From Azolla caroliniana (Eukaryota; Plantae; Polypodiophyta): a stretch of DNA of 64,000 bases. The first letter of the stretch is position 1. Every line of letters begins with the position of its first letter. A program made the position numbers and the translations under genes. Where the stretch lies: the NCBI GenBank assembly GCA_043228905.1, contig JBHGNT010000001.1, forward strand, positions 11,036,001 to 11,100,000. The letters are read 5' to 3'. Positions 10,141 through 21,400 of this stretch are shown here, piece by piece. The notes beneath the pieces are model-generated. The model saw only the letters and a program-made list of their open reading frames with translations, was not told where the DNA came from and did not search any database.

Positions 10141-11416
10141 ACTGTCAGGAATAGTACTAAAACAGAGATGGAATTAGTACTAAGAACAGCAGTACTATTA
10201 GTACTAAGAGGACGGGACTGCGTAAGATTCCCGAGAGAGGAAGTGAGAAGAGGAGAGAGAGAGAGATAGCGAGAATGAGAGAGATGATGACAGCAGCTAT
10301 ATATTATGTGAAAAGATAAGTACAAGCGGCTAAGAGGCTTAAGACTGGCGTTGAACCAATTTGGTTCAAAACAATGCCTTGTGCCTCCTTTTATAGTGTT
10401 TTTAGGAATAATCTTGAAGCTTCTAGAATGTTCCAGAGAGATCTGGAATATACATCAATTTTCTATGATAAAGTATAAATGAAAATAATATCCTACAAAA
10501 TACAATTCCTAATCTAATGGTAAGAGCTCGACCCATGTAGCATAAAGTCATGGGTTCGAGTCTAGACATGACAGTAGCCTCCCTTTCTCCTTCTTCTTTT
10601 TCTTGTAGTGTTAGGGTTTGAGAGTTTCTTCTTTCTACTTTTCTATCTTTTCTCCTCAACATATTAGAGAACCCGAGGTTTAGGGTTTTTATGTTCCTTA
10701 TGAGTGTCTAGGGTTCTTCTTTCTTATGAGTTTTAGGGTTGTGAGTTTTGCATCTACTTGAGAGTTTGGGTTTGGGTTTGGGTTTGGATTCCTTATACGA
10801 CGACTTCTTCAACATCTTGGTGGTAGTCAACTCGGTGGCCAATTGCGGAAGGGAGGTCGTAGTGGCACGAGGGCTACTCTGAATCGAGGCAACATAGTCG
10901 TCGGAAGTAGTCGAGCTCGGAGCCCACTAAACTCACCTTCGCTAGATTATTTTAGTTTTTGATTATTTCATAATCGATTATTGTAAAAACCACCAAAATT
11001 GTGGTGTCAAGCTTAGCAATTCCAAAGAAAACAAAAACAACACGTTCGCGTTCACAAGTGGAAGGATTGCGCATTCCACTTGTAGAATCTTCTTGAAACG
11101 AAGCAAATACACCCTCTCTACAAAAATTGGATGCACTAGTATCACATGTTCCTCAACTTGATGAGAATTTGCAAATATAAAAATACATGATAGGTCTACG
11201 AGTGGAGATCATTAGAAATCATGCAAGTTTGAACGTGTTGATAAGTTAATGTAGGCATAATAAAGTTCAACAATGGCTCAATATGTCACTAATATGCGAC
11301 AAGGGAAACACTAAGTTAAAGACTTATATTAATTAGGTAAGTTTTACAAAAATATGAGGTGTACTTGTATCCATGCTAATAAAATGAGTTATAATTTATA
11401 CTTTGACCCATACGTG

Positions 11417-11662
11417 CATGTATATAATTGTGGACAATGTAGGATAGTGCACTTTAGGATAATGTGATTGGAATAACTAACTTATTAAAGTATTCAATAC
11501 TTGTATTTAAAGTTGATCTAATCTATTCCTCAGTTTGTTCGTATGGGATCAAACCATATGTATATAATTGTGGACAATGTAAGGCAGTGAACTTTAGGAT
11601 AATGTCGTGGAAATAACAAACCTATTAAGGCTTTCATACCTGTATTTAAAATTGATCTACTC
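11417..11662 (+). repeat. Two diverged copies of a ~105-bp block, ~141 bp apart
   Basis: CATGTATATAATTGTGGACAATGTA...TGTATTTAAA.TTGATCTA occurs twice. Confidence 0.75.
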
Positions 11663-13411
11663 TGTTGCTTAGGTGATTCACATAGGATCAAACTCCGAAC
11701 GGTAACGCAAGTGGAACTATAAGCGTATAAAAACATGCGGATAACGCTAGTGGAACCATTATCAACACACTACACAATCTAACCAACAATGGAATAGAAA
11801 CATAATAGTTTTAACAATAGAAGACAAAGATCCATAATAACAACATGGACAGTCATGGCAACAATTGTAGGGCCATGTTATGTTAAGGTTAGCTTGGACC
11901 AAAATCAACCTCAATTTAAACTAATTCATGTTTCTCCATAAATTTGGTAGTCAGCTATGCACGCGGTGCAACCAATGTCATAAATCTACTAACCAAGTAT
12001 ATAAAAATAAAATTGAAACATATAGAAGATTATAAAGAATAGAATCCACTCAGTAAAACCCAAAATTTGTATTAATAATGTGAAATCCAAACAAATCGTT
12101 AGTGTCATTTTCTTCATAGAGTCTATTACATAGCAATCAATTCATCAATGTCATTTTCTTCATCATCTTGTGTAGAACTCTCTTCGGCTATACGTGCATT
12201 GGCTTCCCCTGTTAGCCGAGCCAACGAAATATCTTCTATAAGCTCATCATCAAGCTCTATTAGCTCCCCCGGTTCACCGGCTAACGGAGGAATAGGCTCT
12301 CACGAAGCAAGTTGAAACCTTTCTGTATTAGCGAGGTTCTTTGCACCGACCTCCTCATCCTGGTCTGGGCATTCCCACAAAGCCTTAATCCTCATATTTA
12401 TAAATATAACTTGCTCCTCGTCCTTCTCCAATGCAACTATATTTCTAAAGAGCTTCAATGCACATGCAGGCGTCGTTCCTGTGAAGTAAGTAACAAGAAG
12501 AATCAGTTGTCAACCAAAAAAGATTCGGTATTGGTTATCTCAAGATTGGTACCCTAGTTCGAGGAATACTTGTGCTAGAAAAGAGATCTAATATCCAGTC
12601 TCCTTCGATAGAAAACATCTCGATCAAGAGCTGTTGTGAAGAATTTCGGCCAAAGGCGGAAACCGGGAACATTGGCTACATCGGCGGGGTGCAGCATGTG
12701 TACGCACCCATGTACATTTAGTATGAATATCGAGGGCGCCTTTATGGCGCCGAAGAGTAGTCAAGTCGGGACAGATGATCCCATGTAAGTCGGGATTTAT
12801 CCCACATTGTAACGCCCTTTGTGAAAGGGTTGCCCATTTTGCATTAGAGGGTATACCGTTAGGTTTAGAGTTAGTTTCTTCTTCTTCTCCCCCTTCGTGT
12901 TCGCTTAGGGTTTGCTGCAGCTCATCTCCTGTGCAAGACCCCGCTCGGCGCGACGAGCCCGTGAGCTCCCCGACGGCGGCTTGACAGCAGACGACTGTTG
13001 TAAGCTATCTTGGTCCGGCTCGATGCCGGGAATGTATTCTTCTTTATATATATATATATATATATATACATATACGTTTGCGTCTGTCTGTGTATATTCG
13101 CGTCTTCGTTGGTGTCGGGTGCTTCCCCTTTCCTGCATCTCCTGTGCTTAAGGATGTGAGTCAGGTTGGCCTATGTGTATGCGTGTGTGAGTGTGTGTGC
13201 GTGTGTCTGTGTTAAGCGCTCTCTCTCTCTCTCTCTCTCTCCTTTCGGTTGCTTCCGGTGTGCTTCTGGGGTGCCCCGGAAACGGTGAAGCACGACCTCC
13301 CACACTCCATCACTCCCTAGTCCAAAACCCCCGTGGTCCCGCCTTTCTCCACGCGCGCGCATAACAACGCGACATATTTGGTGAACCCGACGTGAAAGGC
13401 GGCAAGGGAGG

Positions 13412-14713
13412 ATGGAGTCGGTAGACAATGACCTTGCGGAGATGGTGGCCGAAGTGGTGTTGGAGTCGGCACCAATGGTGATGAGGCGAGAAGCAGCGCA
13501 ACAAGCGGTTGAACGAGTGGTCGAAAGAGTCGGTCGTTTCAACGGGGACAAAGTCCCATCTTACTTGGAAGCCTACAACGCGGAAATGGAGGAGCGTGGC
13601 GTAGACGAGGCGTTGAGGCTGGAGTTCTTCTGTCGGGTCGTGGCTGTCCGGATGCATGCGGAAATAAAGGAGCTCCGTGAGGCTCATAGTTCGTGGGAGG
13701 CCTTCCAAGAGGCGCTCTTGAAGGCATACGGAGGACGGCGGAAGAGCCGGGGACGGCACGACTTTGACCAGTGGGTAGCATCGGCAAAGACCCATCGGGG
13801 CGCGACCAAGGCGTTCCAAGAGTTCGAGCGACGGCTTGCTCGGCTCCCGGAGCGGGAACAAAGTTTGGTGGGGGCGGACAAAGTCCTTTTGTTCGTCAGG
13901 TCGATCGACCGAGCGGAACGGGAAGCCATCGGGATTGAGCTCGAAGACGATGATGGAGCGAATGGGCTTACGGAGGATTGGTCGAAGGTCGGAAGGGTGT
14001 GCCAACGGCTAGACAACGAGCGAGCCGAGAAGGCTAAGAGGAAGGTACGCGACGGCATGCCATCATAGCGGGAAGAGGCTGAACGGCAAAGAGAGTCGGC
14101 AAGGGTCGGCGTTGGGGCCAGGATTACGGAGGCGTACGCAGCTCTCAAGGCGATGCTCGAGGAAGAGGAAAGACAGAGGCCGCAAGCCGAGACTGAGAAG
14201 ACGGACTTGCCCCACACGACGGCGGAAGATCGGTACCACGGTACCACGGGAGAGGGTGCGGAACAAAACGCCCTCTCGACTTGCGGAGATAGAACGGCCA
14301 AGGACGAGGCCGAGATACAGATCGCGGAACCGGAACGTTGGGACCAGCGGTTTCGGGCATGTCAGCCCGAGATCCCGGTCATGGGAGAAGCAAGCCCAGA
14401 CGGGGCTTGCACGATCGGTAAGAAGACGACCGCCGACCACGAAGAGTCGGTGGCTACGGACAAGGGCGTAAAACAGACGGGCGATTCTTTGTGTCTTCCC
14501 ACACTTGCTCCCGGGACGATGGCAGTCGGGCCCGAGTGCCCATGTGAGTCCCAAGCGGAGGAAGGCGGCGGCGAAAGGCCAAGAATCACCGGCGAGACGA
14601 TACAGGGAAGGAACGGACGAAAGCCCACGGACCCGATTCCGGAGAACTCGGCATTCGGGCCCGTATGCCCATGTAAGACCGAGGAGATGGATGGCGGTAC
14701 CGAGGAGTCCTAG
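13412..14713 (+). pseudogene. gag: gag-like ORF of element F with one in-frame TAG (14066-14068)
   Basis: GRFNGDKVPSYLEAY..SWEAFQEALLKAYG..LFVRSID; 14153-14713 is in the same frame. Confidence 0.75.
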
Positions 14714-15312
14714 CACGATGCCAGCGAAGATGGATGGGAAACGGCCTGTGGGGAGGCCGAGGACGGACGCGGCACGAGGAGATCGGCATTCTGATACGGG
14801 TGGAGCATGATCCGGTCGTGGATCGTTGTTAACTCTTCGGGCCGGACAATGACCTAACACAGGGTGTCTACGGAAGACACTTCACCAAAGGGTGTTACGG
14901 CAACCGGATTAGACTTCAACGCTTAATCCGACTTAATCAAATTACTTATTAGGATCATCTTCATAACACGCGTAAGATATAACAATTAAGACAGAACGGC
15001 AATTAACACAGAGATATAACAACGCTTAAGCTTTCATTAATTAACCGCTAACTATTACATTGTATCCGGCCTTTAAATAGGTTTCCGGTCTGTATTACAA
15101 AACGGTGCCATCCGCACCTGTTCGGGATCGGTCCGGATCCGGAACGGCATACCGATTCCGGTCCGTCCGTCCACACTCATAGCTTAATTACAACCACATT
15201 CCTACTACTTAATTAGCTCTCCGTTTCCCACTCTGGACTCCTTTGCCGGCCGGTAACACATGGCACGCCCGTGGGACAGTACCTTGTACGTCGAATCCAC
15301 AACCGACCCTTG

Positions 15313-18309
15313 CTATTCTTCGTCCAAAATGTCCAGAATGCTCTGTTCGAGAGGCTCCAATGGTTCATCTGGAAGTGGTTGTTGTTGTTGCTGTTGTTGC
15401 TGCTCTGTTGTTGTCTGCTGTGGCGGGTCCGTTGGTGGTTGCTGCGGCTACTCCTCCGTTTGTGGCTCTGACACCGGCGTCTCCGTCGTTGCTCCCTACG
15501 TCGTGGTGGTCTCCGGTTGACTGGTTCCCGGCTGGCCCTCAGTCGACGACGGTTCCTCATCACTAAGGTTAACCGTTGTCGCTTCCTGTGCTTTTTCTTC
15601 CCGTACCCGGGACCGCTCGTAGCTTTCAAATTGAATTTGAGCATCCAGCCTATCATCGTCCAGCTGAGCTACGAGTTGCCTGACCTGCGCCAGCTGTTCA
15701 TCTGCCAGGACTTGGAAGTCGTCGGCCAGCTCGTCCCGTATGGCGGTGAAGTCCTCGGAAGTCAACGTATAACAGTCATCTCCTTCCTTCCGCCGATTTG
15801 CCACATCCGCCCGTAGCAACTGGAGTTCCGCCGCGTTTTGTGCCCACTTTGTCCACCATTTTACGGAGCTTTCATCAATCAAGTGCTTCGTCTGATTCAG
15901 CCATGCCCGGAGGATGGACTGAATCCAGCTCGTTCCCAATTGCGATTTGGTTTCCGTCGCTTGCCGTTCCTCCTTCAGTTGTTTGATGATTTTTACGTTG
16001 TCCTCCGCCTGCGCCTTGTAATGCGTCAATTGCCTTTGATATGTACTTTGTAATTTCTGCAATACTCTTGACGCTCTCTCTTTGTCTTCCTGTTGCTGCC
16101 TCTGGAGCTCCATCCGGACCTTCTTCGCCTCTTCCACGCGTCTTGTATTTTCCGCCCGTTCGTCGACGATCGCTGTTGCGGCCCGATCAACTGCCTGCTG
16201 GAGCTCGGCCATCCGTTCTTTATGCTCCATTTCCAACCGTTTGTAGTCCCGGTGCAGGTGCTCAAAATCATCCGTCTTTTGCTTGAGCCGTGCGTTGATC
16301 TGACGACGGGCCCGGTCCTCGCGGTCCTTCTGCTGGCGGAGCTCTTCCTTTGGCCGTTCAATCTCCGTTTCCGCCGTTTTCCGCAGCTTGTCCTTTTCCT
16401 GCAGCACTTTGTCTTTCTCCTCCTTTAGCCAGTCGTACGCTTGATGGCCTTTCCGGAGGCTCTCCTCTGCCCGGCGGAGGTTCTCAGCAATCTTCTTTAA
16501 TTCGGCTTCGGCCGCCGTCTTCAATTCTCGTTCCCGGCTCCTTAGCGCTTCTTGTGCGGCAAGTTCCTCTCTCAATTCCGCAAGCTCCCGAGCTTGCGCC
16601 GCATCTCTCGCCAGAACGGTTTCCGTTGCCGGGGTCTTATTCCTATGTACAGGTCGTTCCGTTTCATTATTCTGTACACTTATCGGAGTCACCGGTGATT
16701 GGATCCGTATTTTGGCCATCTCTGTCGAGACCTGATCCAAATCTTTTTCAAGGCACCGGATTCTAGACCGGGCCGTCTCTAGTTGTTCCGTTGTGACGAG
16801 CAACCGTTCGCTTTGCGCTCTTTCTTCCGCCTCTATATACCCCACCGCTCCGGCTATCTGTTCGCCTATCCACCGGAGCCACAGGCTACCTATGCCTTGT
16901 TGTGCTTGCACGGAGGTTTGATAGATGGGCTAACTTGTAGAGGGGTGGTCCCGCCTGGTTGCGCCGAGTTGCAGTTCCGTTTCTGCCCGTGGACCATCCT
17001 GTTGTCCTTGGTCCCCTTGCGCTTCTTCTTGGCTGACCGAGGGAGGCTGCAGTGACCTTTCCGGCTATGGTGGGATGGGACTTACCGGTGTTGTCGGTGG
17101 TGTCGGGGCTTCTGTTTCCGGTGCCATCTGCACCGGTTCCGGTTCCTTCCTTGGCGTAGGAGTCTCAGTATGGGGAGCCGGTGTTCCCTCTGTTTGAGGG
17201 TCCGAACGTTTCCCGGTTGTCTCAACGGTCCTTGCCGACGACCGTCGCTGGAGGTGCTCCGTAGGCTCCTCCTCTATTTCCTCCTCCTGAGCTCCGGCAT
17301 TGAGTTTTGCCGCCAAGGGGTCCACTTCTCGATTCACCGGTCGGCGGAGTGTGACCTTTACGGGCCATGCCGGTGGTTCCTCCTGCGCCTCCGTTGGGCG
17401 CTTCCGGCTTCCGCTTCCTGTTGCCGCCTGTTCTGCATCCGCCGCCTTTCCCTTAGTGGCCTTCGAGGCCAACATCTGTTGCCGTTTGGAAGTTGTCCTT
17501 GGTGTGTCGTCCGGCACTCTTCCTCGCTTCTTGGGCTGGACGGTCTGAACGGGTGGCACCAGCAAGGTGAGCCACTGCGTTACGGCATGCCATATCCTTC
17601 GTCCGTCTCGGCCTTCTTTGTCGTCTTTGCCTCTGACGATCTCGATCGCCGCACACAACCCGTCTGCGATCAATACCGGCCAATCCACCTTGATCCCTTC
17701 ATAGGTGGCGATGATCATCCCTGCCCGGTTCTGCGGCATGACAGGGGGTCTAGGGTATACGTGGCCGTATTCATGGAGCACACGAGCAATTTCGCAGAAC
17801 AGCATATCTCCACCGCCCTGTGTCCGGTAGCCCTTGCTGGCTAGAGAGTACTCACCAAAATACCTGATGAGTTGCTCCGGGGTTGGATTGTCGATCGTGA
17901 GTATGCCTCCCTCCGGAAGGCCTGTTAATGCTCGAATCGCCTCTGCCGTTATGACCTCTGTATCGATTTCCTTGATCACTTTGTCGGCTTCTTTGTGTGG
18001 CGGTACTTCCATCATCATCAAGAAGCCCTCGAGCCCGTGTTGCTTCAGCCATGTCTTGGCGGCTTCCGACAGCGTTTGCGGGTCCATCTCTGTGTCGGGG
18101 TCGGATTGCGGTGACGAGGATGGATGGTGATGAGAGCGGGGTTGACACAGAGAGAGTTCAGAAGGCGGGGGTTCTCTGTGCGCAGGTTCTCTTCTGATAA
18201 TCTTGCAGCGTTTCGGTGCTTCTGTGCTCCTGGGTTCGCGAAAGTAGAGGGTCTCTACGCGCAATGGTTTTTGTCTGTGCATTCTGGCGCCTTTTTCGAG
18301 TTTGTGCAT
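15313..18309 (-). pseudogene. Extra 3' ORF of element G (plant-mobile-domain/env-like N-terminus, long coiled coil, Q/acidic tail)
   Basis: ORFs 17065-18309 and 15496-16911 and the tail to 15313 share one frame, interrupted by four TAG codons. Confidence 0.7.
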
Positions 18310-18459
18310 GTCGCGTACTTAAAATAGCATTATGTCCTGTGGTGGCGCTTTAAATGCCCACTACGTACCTTTTCGCTCCACGCTCTTTCATCCATTCATT
18401 CCTCGCTTTTGCATGATTGTTTTTTTTTTTTTTCAGTTATTATTATTATTAGTGTGACG

Positions 18460-21400
18460 TCACATGTCTGTTGGTCCTTCCGGACCCTTACCGGCCACAT
18501 TCTCTCCGGTTACTGGCTCGCCTTCTCTGCCGTCTTGGTGGTTGCCGTCGGTCCTTTGCTCAAACAGGTTCTTAGGCATCGGTCCTCTATATGCCTTTAA
18601 CCGGAATCCATTGACCCATTTGCCCAGCACTTCACCGGCAAGTGTCCCCAACTGATAGGACCCATTATACTCTCGTGTTAGCCAATATGGTCCGGTCCAT
18701 CTAAACCTTAGTTTACCCGGCATCTTACCCATCCGGGTTTGGAATACTAACACTGGTTTCCCGATTGCGAACATTTTTTCGTTACCTTTCCTGTGCCGGT
18801 CGACGAATGCTTTCCGTCGCTGTTGCTCCAATTCTAAATGTAGGATGTTGGCCAACCGTTGTTCCTCCAGCTCACACAGTGCTGTCAACCTTATTGTCTC
18901 CGACTCCTTCTCGTTCAGCCGTTCTCGTAGCTGGATCCGTAAGCTAAGTACTTGAAATTCTACCGGCATGACCGCCTCGAGTCCGAACGCGAACCGGAAC
19001 GGTGTTGTTCGGATGCTTGTTTTGTATGCCGTCCGGTATGCCCAAAGCGCGCTATGTAGCTTTGTGTCCCAATCCGTCTGGTTCTCGTTGACGATCTTCC
19101 GAAGGATGTTCTGGAGCGTCTTGTTTGTTGATTCCGCTAATCCGTTCGCCTGTGGATAGTAAGGTGTGCTTCGTTTGTGGACCACGGCATAGAAGGTCGT
19201 TAGGCATTCCACTACTTGTCCGAGAAAGTGCCCCCCTTGGTCACTTATCAATTCAATGGGGCATCCGTAACGGCACCAGATGTACTCATATAGAAACTTT
19301 GTTGTTGACGCGGCGGTGTTATCCCGTAAAGCTTTGGCCTCCACCCATTTCGTGCAGTAATCCGTAGCAACGATAACGTACCGATTACCCGTTCTCATTG
19401 TCGGTGGCTTGAAAGGTCCTACAAAGTCCAGCCCCCACTTTTGGAATGGCTCGAGTGGTAGTACCGGCTGGTGTGGCATATGAGCCTGCTCCGTTGGCTG
19501 GCCCATTCTCTGGCATAGGTCACATTCTTTTGCGTACCGTACCACATCTCTTAATGTCGTTGGCCACCATAGGCCACTTTGCCATATTTTTCTGGCCGTC
19601 GCATCTCCGGCATAGTGACCTCCGGCAACTCCGCAGTGGGCTTCCCTCAGTATCAGTTCTTTTTCATCGTTGCGCACCGCCCGTCTCCATATGCCGTCAG
19701 CTCCCTTGTGGTACAGTGTGTCTTGCAGTAAGCAGAAATGTCGGCTTTGTACCGCCAAGCGTTTCCGTTCGTCCCGGTTCAGCTCTTCCGGAGGCAGTCC
19801 TGTGCTCAGAAACTGGTGCATATTTGTGAGCCACTTGTCTTCCTGGGCCACTGTCTCATCTGCTGCCGTCTCCGTAGTGACTCGAAACAGCTCCGCATCC
19901 GGAAACTCATCCGGTACTACGTCACCCGTCTCTCCGGACTCCAATCGGCTTAAGTAATCTGCTACGGCATGCTGTATACCGGGTCGGTGGAATATTTCAA
20001 ACTCGAACTCCTGTAACAATAAGGTCCACCGGGCCAATTTGCCGGTGAGTGACGCCTTGGACACCAGGTAAAGGAGTGCCGAATGATCTACATGGAAGGA
20101 AAACTTCCTTCCCAATAAATAGTGCCGAAATTTTGTCACACTATAGATCATTCCTAGAGCTTCCCGTTCCGTAGTAGAGTAGTTCCGTTCTGCTTGGGAT
20201 AGCTTCCGGCTGGCATAGTACACTAGCCGGTACCACTTTGGTTCCGTAAGCTGCATCAGTACGCTTCCGATTGCGATGTCGGAGGCATCCACAAACACGT
20301 GAAATTCTTTACTCCAATCTGGAGGTTGTACTACCGGTGCCTGCGACAATAGTACCTTGAGGGCCTTATACGCCCTATCCTCAGTATCGGTCCACTGGAA
20401 TGGTGTCCGATGTACGGCGGCATGCAACGGTGTAGCCAAGTCGGCCAAGTATCGGAGCATCCGGCTGTGCCACCGAATCTGGCCTAAGAACCGGCTTAAT
20501 GCCTTTGCCGTTGCCGGCACCGGTGCTTCTAATATGGCTTTCACTTTGTCCGGGTCGACTACAATACCTTCCTGGCTCACGATATGTCCTAATAAAGTTC
20601 CACTGGACACGCCAAATACACACTTTGCCGGATTCAAGCTTAGCCGATACGCTCTACACTTTTCTAGACAAAGACGGAGGTGCTGAAAATGGTCCTCCTC
20701 CCGGCTATAGACGGCGAAATCGTCAAGGAAAACCTGCATAAAAGCCGGTATATATTCACCAAAGATTTCCATGATGATTCTTTGAAACGTTGTCGGTGCC
20801 GTTTTGAGTCCGAACATCATCACCACGGCCACAAACACCCCCCATTCGGTGACGAATGTCGTTTTCTCTTGGTCGTCGGGGTGCATCCGGATCTGATTAT
20901 ATCCGCTGAATCCGTCTAGGAAGCTATAGACCTCATGGCCGGCGACGGCATCCAACACTCCATCTGTGAACGGAAGTGGAAATGCATCTGTTACCGTAGT
21001 CGCATTGAGTTTCCGGTAGTCCACGCAAACTCCAATTTTTCCGTTCTTCTTCGGTACGACTACAATCGGGCTCAGCCATGTCGCTTTCTTTACCGGACGG
21101 ATAAAGCCAACTCTTAGCAGTTTGTCGATTTCTTCCTTGACCTTGGCAGCATAATTGGGATTCATTCGGTACCGTCTTTGTGCCACTGGTTTTGCGTCCT
21201 TGCTCAAGTGCACTTGATGCTGGTATAACTGAGGGTCGAGTCCTCGCATGTCTTCGTATGACCAGGCGAATACGTCGCGAAATTCCGTGAGAAGTGTTAT
21301 CATCGCCGTTTTGTCTCCGGACTTCATCTCCTTGGCGATGTGCACCGGTTTTGCTTCGTCCGTGGTGCCTAAATTCACCTCTTCCAATTGCGATGCTTTT

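Larger units (their letters stand above)
4906..10573 (-). mobile_element. Intact young Ty3/Gypsy chromovirus (Tcn1/Tf1-sushi-like; element D)
   Basis: 431-bp LTRs at 4906-5336 and 10143-10573 (2 differences seen), GTAGC TSD (4901-4905, 10574-10578), PPT 5337-5347, open gag and pol. Confidence 0.97.
3585..11045 (+). mobile_element. TRIM-like non-autonomous LTR element (family C): partial 5' LTR 3585-4322, Trp PBS, ~215 bp internal part, PPT, 3' LTR 4539-4905 plus 10579-~11045
   Basis: TGGTGAACCCGACGTGA at 4324-4340. GGTGGGGGTGGA then TGTCGTG at 4527-4545, the same junction as 26709-26727. 3588-4060 is repeated at 4822-4905 and 10579-11040. Confidence 0.6.

Noticed and set aside
11054-11090. 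Helitron 3' terminus
   Set aside because: The hairpin is not followed by CTRR at the expected spacing and there is no Rep/helicase.
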